64,000 nucleotides of DNA from Chrysemys picta bellii (lineage: Eukaryota), in contig NC_088798.1 of assembly GCF_011386835.1 (NCBI RefSeq), positions 110,236,001 through 110,300,000 on the forward strand. The letters are read 5' to 3'. Numbering within the stretch: position 1 is the stretch's first letter; every line of letters starts with the position of its first letter. The notes below the pieces were generated by a model, which saw only the letters and a program-made list of their open reading frames with translations, ran no database searches and had not been told where the DNA came from. Positions 33,400-44,500 of this stretch are shown piece by piece. The position numbers were made by a program, and so were the translations under genes.

Positions 33400-34195
33400 C
33401 CACCCCGGCCAGGCACCACAGAACCCCCTAGCACCGCCCTGGGGCCCTGGGACAGACCCCACCCCACTCCCTGCAGCAGAGCGCCCCCTAGCACCGCCCT
33501 GGGGAACAGGGACAGACCCCGCCCCGCTCCCTGCACCGCAGCACCCCCTAGCACTGCCCTGGGGAACAGGGACAGACCCCGCCCCGCTCCCTGGCCCTGC
33601 TCCCTGCAGCAGAGCACCCCCTAGCACTGCCCTGGGACAGACCCCACCCCGCTCCCTGCAGCACAGCATCCCCTAGCACCGCCCTGGGACAGACCCCACC
33701 CCGCTCCCTGCAGCACAGCATCCCCTAGCACCGCCCTGGGACAGACCCCACCCCGCTCCCTGCAGCACAGCGCCCCCTAGCACTGCCCTGGGACAGACCC
33801 CACCCCGCTCCCTGCAGCACAGCGTCCCCTAGCACCGCCCTGGGACAGACCCCACCCCGCTCCCTGCAGCACAGCGCCCCCTAGCACCGCCCTGGGGAAC
33901 AGGGACAGACCCCGCCCCGCTCCCTGCAGCACAGCGCCCCCTAGCACCGCCCTGGGGCCCTGGGACAGACCCCGCCCCGCTCCCTGCAGCACAGCGCCCC
34001 CTAGCACCGCCCTGGGGAACAGGGACAGACCCCGCCCCGCTCCCTGCAGCACAGCGCCCCCTAGCACCGCCCTGGGGAACAGGGACAGACCCCACCCCGC
34101 TCCCTGCAGCACAGCGCCCCCTAGCACCGCCCTGGGGAACAGGGACAGACCCCGCCCCGCTCCCTGCACCGCAGCACGCCCTAGCACCGCCCTGG
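33400..34195. repeat. Minisatellite, unit about 50-60 bp
   Basis: About 14 copies of CAGCACAGCGCCCCCTAGCACCGCCCTGGG(GAACAG)GGACAGACCCC(A/G)CCCCGCTCCCTG. Confidence 0.95.
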
Positions 34196-34555
34196 GTCAC
34201 TGGAGATGCGCTGATGAGGGGAACGTGCCCTCTCGTGAAACTCCCAACAGCCCAGCTCTTTGCAGTATCACCTGCGTGTTCTCTGCTGCCCCTTGCCCCT
34301 CTGCATGGCCAGTCACGCCCCCACCCCTGCCTACCGGACTGGCCGTAATCCCTGGGCTGTGCAGCGGGCTGCAGGCGGCTGGTTGCCTCTCCCACTCCCC
34401 ATTCACACCAGCCCGATGAGGTGCTGTCACATGCAGACGAGGGCAGCCAATGCGGAGCAGCCACCTCCTCAGCCGTCCTTCGCATGCAAAGCAGCACCAC
34501 AGCCAGCAAGCTGGCCTGGCCTGGGGGACTCTGGGCTCCCCTCGCAGCCCCACAC

Positions 34556-34778
34556 CAGGGCCGGCTCCCGGCACCAGCCTGGCAAGCAGGTGCTTGGGGC
34601 GTCTGCTCCGGGGAGGGGCGGCACGTCCAGGTATTCGGCGGCAATTCAGGGGATGGTCCCTCACTCCCGCTGGGAGCAAAGGACCTCCCGCCGAATTGCC
34701 GCTGCAGATCGCGAGCGCAGCTTTTTTTTTTTTTTTTTTTGTCTGCTTGGGGTGGCCAAAACCCTGGAGCCGGCCCTG
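34556..34778. mobile_element. hAT-type MITE
   Basis: 13-bp TIRs CAGGGCCGGCTCC / GGAGCCGGCCCTG, internal poly-T tract; TSD degenerate. Confidence 0.75.
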
Positions 34779-35264
34779 CCCATATCTGCCCTCAGCCCCC
34801 CATTGGGCATGGGGTCCAGCTCCCAGGAGATGCCGCCCGTCCAGCCAGACTGGGCACTGGGGACTCCTGGAGCCTGGGGCTAGCGCACAGGCTCTCACTT
34901 GCTGCAGCCCTGGAGCAGCTGAGGGTTTGGGGTTTGCTTACCCGCACTTCTGCAGCTAAACGGGGGCAGCTGTCTGGCAGAGACCCCAGTGAGGCGCATC
35001 TAAGGGCCACCCTAGGGATGCTGCTCCTGCCCTAACCCTCCCCATCCTCCTCGTCCTGACGCGCCACCAGCCACCATCTCCCTCCTCACTGGCAGGTTAC
35101 CCCAGGGAGCCTCCTCCCGCAGGGAGCTGCCAACTCTCCACAGCCCCCTGTGCACAGACATAGGCAGTGCTGGTCTGGGGGTGCAGGCTTCCATCCCCCC
35201 GTTGTCCCCATGGCGAGGACTGGTGACAGAAGCAGAGGTGCTGGGCCACGCAAGTTGTTAATCA

Positions 35265-35520
35265 GGCATATTTTACATCCCAAAGTGCTTTACAAATAAC
35301 TGACATACAAACTATATACAGGCTCACTTCACTTGCCACTGAGATGCAGCCACCTCTAGGGTGGAATGAGGCAGCTGTTTAACAACTCACAGCAACACTA
35401 CACAACAGTTTAGGACAGGAAGTGGAGAATACTGTAGTTTCCTGAAACCGCCGGGGCAGTTTAAGGAGGCAGGATTTGGCCAGGGCACTGGGGCTGACCC
35501 CAACTCAAGGCCAGACATCC
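35265..35520. mobile_element. Ancient SINE fragment (AmnSINE1/DeuSINE-like) just 3' of the RGS14 stop
   Basis: CATCCCAAAGTGCTTTACA...TGAGATGCAGCCACCTCTAGGGTGG...GGATTTGGCCAGGGCACTGGGG resembles the AmnSINE1 consensus as recalled. A related segment lies at about 33250-33290. Confidence 0.45.
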
Positions 35521-35555
35521 TCAAGGCTGGCTCTGAAGAAAGTGCAGCGTGGGCC

Positions 35556-38500
35556 TCAGTGCAGTTCAGAGTGGACAGGTGGCTGCGCCAGTCTGGGATC
35601 CCGGGGGCAAGGGGCACCAGCCCCCTTTGGGGTGAGGCTGGGATCACAGGGGCCATGCTGCCGCTCAGAGCTCTCGCTGGGGCCAGCATCCTGCCCTGGC
35701 AGCTGCAGGAAGTCGGGCAGGACCAGGACCTCTTTAGAGAGCAGCCCACGCTGGTCGTTGGCCCTGCAGCTCTGGGCCCGGTTCAGCAGCTCCACCAGCC
35801 CTGGGGGAACGAGGGGAGAGTGGAGTCATTGGGCAGAGCTAGACTTCCGCAGAACACCCCCAGACCCCTCCCCCCGAACCCCCATCCTGTGCTCAGACTC
35901 CCCTCCCCCACCCCAGAGCCCCATCCCGCACTCAGACGCCCCCTCCCCTGCCACTAGAGTTCTCATCCCGCACTCAGACGCCCCCTCCCCCACCCCAGAG
36001 CCCCCATCCCGCACTGACGCCCTCTCCCCCACCCCAGAGCCCCCATCCCGCACTCAGACGCCCCCTCCCCTGCCACTAGAGTTCTCATCCCGCACTCAGA
36101 CGCCCCCTCCCCGACCCCAGAGCCCCCATCCCGCACTGACGCCCTCTCCCCCACCCCAGAGCCCCCATCCCGCACTTAGACGCCCCCTCCCCTGCCCCTA
36201 GAGTTCCCATCCCGCACTCAGACGCCCCCCCACCCCAGAGCCCCATCCCGCACTCAGACGCCCCCTCCCCCACCCCAGAGCCCCCATCCCGCACTCAGAC
36301 ACCCCCTCCCCCACCCCAGAGCCCTCATCCCGCACTCAGATGCCCCCTCCCCCACCCCAGAGACCCCATCCCGCACTCAGATGCCCCCTCCCCCACCCCA
36401 GAGCCCCCATCCCGCACTCAGACGCCCCCTCCCCCACCCCAGAGCACCCATCCCGCACTCAGACGCCCCCTCCCCCACCCCAGAGCACCCATCCCGCACT
36501 CAGACGCCCCCTCCCCCACCCCAGAGCCCCGATCCCACACTCAGGCGCCCCCTCCCCCACCCCAGAGCACTCATCCCGCACTCAGATGCCCCCTCCCCTG
36601 CCCCTAGAGTTCCCATCCCGCACTCAGACGCCCCCTCCCCCACCCCAGAGCACCCATCCCGCACTCAGACGCCCCCTCCCAGTCCCCATTTGCCCCTGCG
36701 CTTCCTCACCCCCCATGTTTCCTTCTGACACTGAATATACCACAGACGCCCTCTGCCCCCAGCACCCCAGATATGCCTCCTGTGCCCCTGTCCCCCACAC
36801 ATACGGCTGGTTTAAGAGCATGCCAGATGCCAGGGCCGCCCACCTTCCAGGTCATACGTGCACCGGTTCATGCCCCTCAGGGCTGCTGGCCTGGACCTGG
36901 TGATGGAGGGGGGCACCTCTGACAGCATGTCTGCTTCCACCTCTGTGCCTGTGGGGGCGGCCTCCTGGGAGTGGGGGAAAGAGCATGTGAGGAGCAGGAA
37001 GATGAGCTGGCAGCCCCAGCCCAGCCCAGCAGGGAGACCTGCCTCCTCTTCAGGGCACAGAGATGCCCCAAAGCTGGCCTGGCTCAGACCCGCTGTAACC
37101 ACTGTGCCCCGACCCTGCTCCGTGCTGCAGAGCTCCCCCAACGCGCCCAGAGCTGCACCCTGGCCACAAGGCTCACCGCTCACCCCCCCCGCCCCCAAGT
37201 GAGCCAGCGAGCTGCACTCCCGGGGACTCCCAGTTCAGCCCAGCCCCAGCGACAGCCCAGGCCTACCCTAGTGCTGCCCCCCTTCGCTGGGGCACCCCCT
37301 CAGCCCCCCTGACTGGGCCCCTCTTGGTGCCCAGGACTCACCTTGCACCGAAGGGGGGAAGTGGCCACAACAGTGTCACCAGCGCCTGTCGCTTTCACTT
37401 CTGCAACACAAGCACCGCAGCGAGTCAGGCTCCAGCCTCCTGCCGTGGGACGGGGCGGGGCAGACCACCTGCCATCACAGGAGCCCGGGCCCACCAGGGA
37501 AGGACTCAGCACCACGATAACTGTGGAACTCACTGCTGTGGGATTTCATGGTGGCCAACAGCTGAGGCACATGGCACCTTACAGGTGCAGTGTCTGGGGC
37601 CGACTGAGGAGGAGGAAGATACCCGACTGGCCGGGCCCATACAGTGCTGTGTGGGGCCCACGGGACCCTGGGCTGGACACAGACTTAGTGCTGGCCTGGG
37701 CAGGCGGCAGGACCACGGGGGTGCTCCAGCCTGGCCACTCCACCCTGCGGACCATACCTGTCGCAGCTTCCAGGATGAGCTTCTGCGCAGCCACGGTGCT
37801 GACCAGCTTCTCCAGGTCCAGGGCTCCCGGCTCCCCATGCTACAGCAGAACAGAGTTGGGGGGTTGCATGGGATGGTGCATCGTGGGGAGCAAGAGCAGG
37901 CTCTGGCCACAGTGTGAGGGGCAATGAGGGTACAGGCCACACACTGGCTGGAAGTGTGGTCCCCTGGGGTAGGAGCTCTGCCCACGGGCGGGCGGGCAGC
38001 CCCATCCCCGGGGTAGGAGCTCTGCCCACGGGCGGGCGGGCAGCCCAATCCCCGGGGTAGGAGCTCTGCCCACGGGCGGGCGGGCAGCCCAATCCCCAGG
38101 GTAGGAGCTGTGCCCACGGGCGGGCGGGCAGCCCCAGCCCCGGGGTAGGAGCTGTGCCCATGGGCGGGCGGGCAGCCCCAGCCCCGGGGTAGGAGCTCTG
38201 CCCACGGGCAGGCGGGCAGCCCCAGCCCCGGGGTAGGAGCTCTGCCCACGGGCGGGCGGGCAGCCCAATCCCCAGGGTAGGAGCTGTGCCCACGGGCAGG
38301 CGGGCAGCCCCATCCCCGGGGTAGGAGCTCTGCCCACGGGCAGGCGGGCAGCCCCATCCCCGGGGTAGGAGCTCTGCCCACGGGCAGGCGGGCAGCCCCA
38401 TCCCCGGGGTAGGAGCTCTGCCCACGGGCGGGCGGGCAGCCCCGTCCCCGGGGTAGGAGCTCTGCCCATGGGCGGGCAGCCTCTGGGGAAAGCCATGTAG

Positions 38501-41500
38501 CCAGCCCCAGGCCCAGGCTCCATGGGCGGGGCACTGCCTGCAGGACAAGCCACAGTCTGGCCTCTCCTACCTGAGCAGGGCTGAGTTCTGCATGGGGGCA
38601 AAGGACTCCCTAAGCTCTGCCCCTGCAGCCCGAGGCGGGTGCTTATGCCCAGCATTGAAAGACAGCAGCCCCCTTTCTGCAGGTTCCTAGGACTCCGCCA
38701 GAGGGGGCAAGGCAGCCCCCTGCCCAGGCTGCGGGCCAGCTCTCACCCGCCGCAGCAGTGCCCGTTCCACATCCACGCCGTACTTCCCCAGCACAGGCTG
38801 CAGCGCCTCCCGCAGGCACTTGGTCGACTTTGCGGTGATTCGCACTGTTTTACTGAGGGGGGAAATTTCCAACCTAGGAAGACAGAGATGAAGGAAACAC
38901 ATGGGGCAGGATGGGCCATGCAGCAGGGAAGGATGTGGCAAGACCTGGTGGGGTGAGACAGCAGCTGGAACGATGGGGCAGGCAGGAGCTGAGGAGGTGG
39001 GGCTGTGCGGGGCAGAGCCGAGCAGGGTGGGGCAGGGCAGAGTGAGCCGGGTGGAGCTGCACTGGGCACTCATGAGCCCAGGCTGCTAGATGTCCACTCC
39101 AGGGGTGTTCATCTTGGGCGAAGCCGACTTCACTGGCCAGTCCGGGCAAGCGCTGCCAGCGCCCTGCGGCGCCCAGGCCAGTGTGTGCAGGGGCGGGACA
39201 GAGCCATGCTCCCATCTGCTCTTCTGAGGGCCCACCCCAGCTGGCTTGCGGCCTGAGCCCCACTGCACTTAGCACTAGAGCCACTGTCTCCTTCCCACGG
39301 GCACGGTGCTGCTGCCATGGGGAGCCAGGGCGTGGAGCACAGGGGAAGGTTTGGGAGAGGCAGGGACATTGCAGAGCCAGTCCTGCAGGCGCTGGCCCCA
39401 TGCTCACAGGGTGCAGCAGCAGCTCCCACTCACTCGAAGCTGACTCTGTTCTCTAGCTTCACCTCCTGGTCCATCAGAACCATGCTGTCCTGGTCCAGCA
39501 CCAGCGCCTTCTGGGAAGAGTCAGCCAAGAGGAGACACGTCAGAACCAGGAACACGGCTCCACCCGAGACACAGACCCTCCCACGGCCCTGGCACAGCAT
39601 GGAATTCCTGTCTGCAGGCAGGTGCCTCAGGTGGGCAGCGCCTGTCAGTGCGGGGCCCTGGGGTCCCTCGGGCGAGGTGGCTCCAGGGCCGGCTTTTGAT
39701 GGAGCCCCCAGGCCATCCCTGGCCTGCCCAGCTCTCTCCTCCCCACCCCAGGACCGTCCCTACCTGTTCATTGCCAACCAGGTAGACCTTGATGTCAGGG
39801 AGGCTGAAGCCGCGCTTCTCACAGAGGCCTGCCAGCATGTTGCGGATGGAGACGCCAGCCCGCACCGAGGCCAGCGAGGCCGTGCCGTCCGGCAGGTACA
39901 CACAGCAGTACTTGCTGGGCCTGGCCTGCGGGTCGGACTCCGTGCCTCCCAGGCTCTTCCTGCGGCTCTGCAGAGGAAGAGGCGGTGTCACCCGGCGGGC
40001 AGTGTGGCTACGCAGCAGGCCCCGCGGTCGGGCACTTACCTCTGCCCGGGAGCTGCTGGCCATGCTGCTGCTGCTGCAGGAAGACGAGAGGAAGCCCAGG
40101 TCCAGGCTCGCAGAGGAATTCAAGGAGCCCTGGGACTCACGCCACAGGGACGAGCCCCCATTGCCATCTTCCACCTCTAGGACAGACAGACGGATGGACG
40201 TCAGGACAAGAGGCCGGCTCTGGGGCTCCGGGCCCTTTGCGAAGGGACGGCCACAGGCCTGTGGGGCTAGTGAAATGGCAGGCAGGTGGAGCCTGGCGTG
40301 GGACTTACCTGTCCACGAGGGCTCTCTCCGCTCCTCTCTCCTGAAGGACATCTGGGGGCTCCTGCCAGCACTGCTGCCGGCCACCTCCACCCCCAGTGGC
40401 AGGGACTTCCCCAGCTTCAGCTTCGCCTTCTAGGGGACAAGAGAGGCAGATCTCGGCTCAGGGAGCTTCTGGGGCGCCCGCCCCCCCCCCCCGAGAAAGG
40501 GAATCTCCCCTGAGGAGAGGGCATTGCCTCCCCACTTTTCAGCCCCCTCCCCCCGGGCTCCTGAGCAGAGCTGGGTGGTGAATGGTGGAGCCCTTCCCTC
40601 CTGGCATGCTGGAGGAGCAGCCAGGTGTCATGACTCTAGGTGCCAGGTCATGACACCAGGTGCCGGGTCACACTGCCACTCAAATTTGGTTTGAGTCGTG
40701 CCCACGATTGCAGTCCTTCCAGCAGCCCCACCCCTGGACCACACCCCCTGGGCTGGGGAGCTGGGCCTGGTACCTTGCCGAGGTCGGGTGGGGGGCTGCT
40801 GTTCCGGGAGTGAGCCCGCAGGTCAGGGAGCGGCTGCCCCTCATTCTCAGCCCTCACACACGCCTGGAACAGTGGGGACTTCACGAAGCGCGCGTAGCTG
40901 TCGAACTTCATCAGGTTAAAGATCTGAGCCAGGAGAGGGACCCGGTTAGTGCCGTGCCTGACCCGTGACCAGAGCCCGGCACGGCCCCCGGACACACACC
41001 TGGGTAGCGCCTCCCCCCGCCCAGAGCTCGGCACGGCCCCCGGACACACACCTGGGTAGCGCCTCCCCCCGCCCAGAGCCCGACACGGCCCCCGGACACA
41101 CACCTGGGTAGCGCCTCCCCCAGCCCAGAGACCGACATGGCCCCCGGACACACACCTGGGTAGCGCCTCCCCCGGCCCAGAGCCCGGCAAGGCCCCCGGA
41201 CACACCTGGGTAGCGCCTCCCCTGGCCCAGAGCCCGGCAAGGCCCCCGGACACACACCTGGGTAGCGCCTCCCCCCGCCCAGAGCCCGACACGGCCCCCG
41301 GACACACACCTGGGTAGCGCCTCCCCCAGCCCAGAGACCGACATGGCCCCCGGACACACACCTGGGTAGCGCCTCCCCCGGCCCAGAGCCCGGCAAGGCC
41401 CCCGGACACACACCTGGGTAGCGCCTCCCCCCGCCCAGAGCCCGACACGGCCCCCGGACACACACCTGGGTAGCGCCTCCCCCCGCCCAGAGCCCGACAC

Positions 41501-44500
41501 GGCCCCCGGACACACACCTGGGTAGCGCCTCCCCCCGCCCAGAGCCCGACACGGCCCCCGGACACACACCTGGGTAGCGCCTCCCCCGGCCCAGAGCCCG
41601 GCACGGCCCCCGGACACACACCTGGGTAGCGCCTCCGCCCGCCCAGAGCCCGACACGGCCCCCGGACACACACCTGGGTAGCGCCTCCCCCCGCCCAGAG
41701 CCCGACACGGCCCCCGGACACACACCTGGGTAGCGCCTCCCCCCGCCCAGAGCTCGGCACGGCCCCCGGACACACACCTGGGTAGCGCCTCCCCCCGCCC
41801 AGAGCCCGACACGGCCCCCGGACACACACCTGGGTAGCGCCTCCCCCAGCCCAGAGACCGACATGGCCCCCGGACACACACCTGGGTAGCGCCTCCCCCG
41901 GCCCAGAGCCCGGCAAGGCCCCCGGACACACCTGGGTAGCGCCTCCCCTGGCCCAGAGCCCGGCAAGGCCCCCGGACACACACCTGGGTAGCGCCTCCCC
42001 CCGCCCAGAGCCCGACACGGCCCCCGGACACACACCTGGGTAGCGCCTCCCCCAGCCCAGAGACCGACATGGCCCCCGGACACACACCTGGGTAGCGCCT
42101 CCCCCGGCCCAGAGCCCGGCAAGGCCCCCGGACACACACCTGGGTAGCGCCTCCCCCCGCCCAGAGCCCGACACGGCCCCCGGACACACACCTGGGTAGC
42201 GCCTCCCCCCGCCCAGAGCCCGACACGGCCCCCGGACACACACCTGGGTAGCGCCTCCCCCCGCCCAGAGCCCGACACGGCCCCCGGACACACACCTGGG
42301 TAGCGCCTCCCCCGGCCCAGAGCCCGGCACGGCCCCCGGACACACACCTGGGTAGCGCCTCCGCCCGCCCAGAGCCCGACACGGCCCCCGGACACACACC
42401 TGGGTAGCGCCTCCCCCCGCCCAGAGCCCGACACGGCCCCCGGACACACACCTGGGTAGCGCCTCCCCCCGCCCAGAGCCCGACACGGCCCCCGGACACA
42501 CACCTGGGTAGCGCCTCCCCCCGCCCAGAGCCCGACACGGCCCCCGGACACAGACCTGACTCAGAGGCAGAGGGACAAGTCCCAGAATCAGGAGCTCTGG
42601 ATTCCTGTCCCCTACTCCCAGCTGAGAGTTGGGGGAGGGAATATGTCCCCAGCTCCTCCGTCCTGAGCCTTGGGGGATGGCTCCATGGCCCCTCTCCCTT
42701 GGCCGGGGGGTTGGGCAGGGGCAATGCTCACCTGGAGCTGTTGCACTCGGAACATGTCGGGGGTGGGCGTGGCCAGCATTTCCTCCCCGATCCAGGCCTG
42801 CCGGTCGATGTTAACGGGGCTGACCGCCTGGCTGGACAGGAACTCGTCATAGATCTGCCGGGCCTCCTTCGCCAGCTGGGGAGACAGAGTTATCACAGGG
42901 GAGGCCGAGCCCCCTTGCCTGTGTGCATGGGAGCACACGCAGAGTAGGGTCACCAGCCACGCTCCAAGTGCAGGCACCACCTTGCGCCGACCCCTTGGGA
43001 ACCCAGGAACGGCCAGGCTGGGCCAGTCCCGGGGGCCCTCCAGCCCAGCAGCCCTTGCCTGCAGTGCCCAGCACCAGATGTTCAGAGGAAGGTGTAGGAG
43101 CCCTGCTCCTGACCCATAACAATCAGAGACTGGCCGAAGACCCAAGGCAGGAGGTTTTAGCCCTTCCAAATGCCATCTGCACTGTTATAGCTCTGCATCC
43201 CCCTGTTCTCCATTCACAAGGCCAGCTCCTCTCAGGCTCTCACTAGGTGCTGGCCTCACTGACATCCTGTGGCAATGAGTTCCACTGCTTATTTACACTG
43301 GGGCGGAGGATTACCTTCGATCAGTTTGAACTTCCCCTCGTTCTTGTGTGCCAGACAGACGGTCCCAAGGTTCCATCTCGAGACCATGCCCCATTTCCTC
43401 ATCTTGCTAAGGGAACAATCCCCGTCTGCTCTGTCTCTCTCCAGCCCCTGATCATTGGCATTGTCCTTCTCTTAGAGCCTGTCAGTTCAGCACGGCCCCC
43501 AGGGGTGACCGGTGCAGCACACAATGGCCAAGGGAGCTCCATGCTATTCTCCATCCCCTCACCCATTAGCTATTGGCTGCAGCTCCCCTCTGAGCAGGGT
43601 CTCCACTGAGCTTCCTACTGACGCCCAGGTCCCTTTGGCTGCCCTGGCATGTGCTTCCCTGCGGGGGGCAGCCCAGGTCTAAGCCTCAGTGTGGGCCGGG
43701 CTAGCTAGGCTCCCACTGTCAGGAGTGGGGCATGGGCAGGCTGGGCCAAGCCGCTAGCCCTCCCCTGGGCCCAGTACCTGCTGTGTGTTCCTGGCTGGGA
43801 TCTGCTGGAATCGCTCACACGCCTGCCAGAAGTAAACGTTCTCAGCGCTGAACTCCTTCTTCAGGAACTCCTGGGGAGCAGGAGAGGAACACGGTGGCAT
43901 CAGCCTCACCAGTGCCACTACCCCCGCCCGGGGGGGCCAGCCCTACCCACGCCCGGGGGGGCCAGCCCAGCCTCCATCCAGGGGTACCAGCGCAACCCCC
44001 ACCCTCTGCCCCCCGGCCTCACGCTGCCTGGAGTCCCTGCACAGCGAGCAGCTGGAGAATGGGGGGAACTGAGGGCAGTGAGGGGGGTGGGCTGGACCCG
44101 GCAGGGTCTGACACGCCCTGGCACTCACAGTGAAGTAGGTGACGGCCACCCGGTCCTGCAGCAGTGTCTCGAAGGACTCGGCCCAGCTGGCCACGGGCAG
44201 CTGCGCAGTGTAGCCTGCGTTCTGGGCACCAGGCAGGCTGTGCACACTGTGGCTACTGCCCCGGGCCCTGGAGCTGTTTAACTCTGAGATGCAGAAAGAG
44301 AGGTTAGGCCCTGCCCCACTCCCTGGAGCCAGTCCTGATCCCCGCCCAGCTGGAGGGAAGGTGTGGGGAGGCGCTGTCCAAGCAGGGCAGGGCCGGGAGC
44401 CCTAAAGCCAGGCACTCCAGAGCAGGGCCGCCAGATCTAGGGCCCATGGGCCACACAGGATCCCTCTGACATGTCAGAACCGGCACGGCGCCGGCAGACA

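Noticed and set aside
32386-34480. Additional upstream exons for the orphan unit (about 34330-34480, 33064-33200, 32992-33019, 32386-32518)
   Set aside because: Donor-like sites and some compatible phases exist, but acceptors are weak, codon bias is unremarkable and several frames are open. They are not supportable without transcript data.
37530-38655. 271-334-aa repetitive ORFs on -
   Set aside because: They are products of the 43-bp minisatellite in an RGS14 intron.
40648-42724. Very long ORFs (617, 546, 592 aa) with repeating Gly/Arg/Cys peptides
   Set aside because: They are translations of a stop-free 52-bp minisatellite in all three minus frames inside RGS14 intron 5. Only the end of the 617-aa frame is real (RGS14 exon 6).
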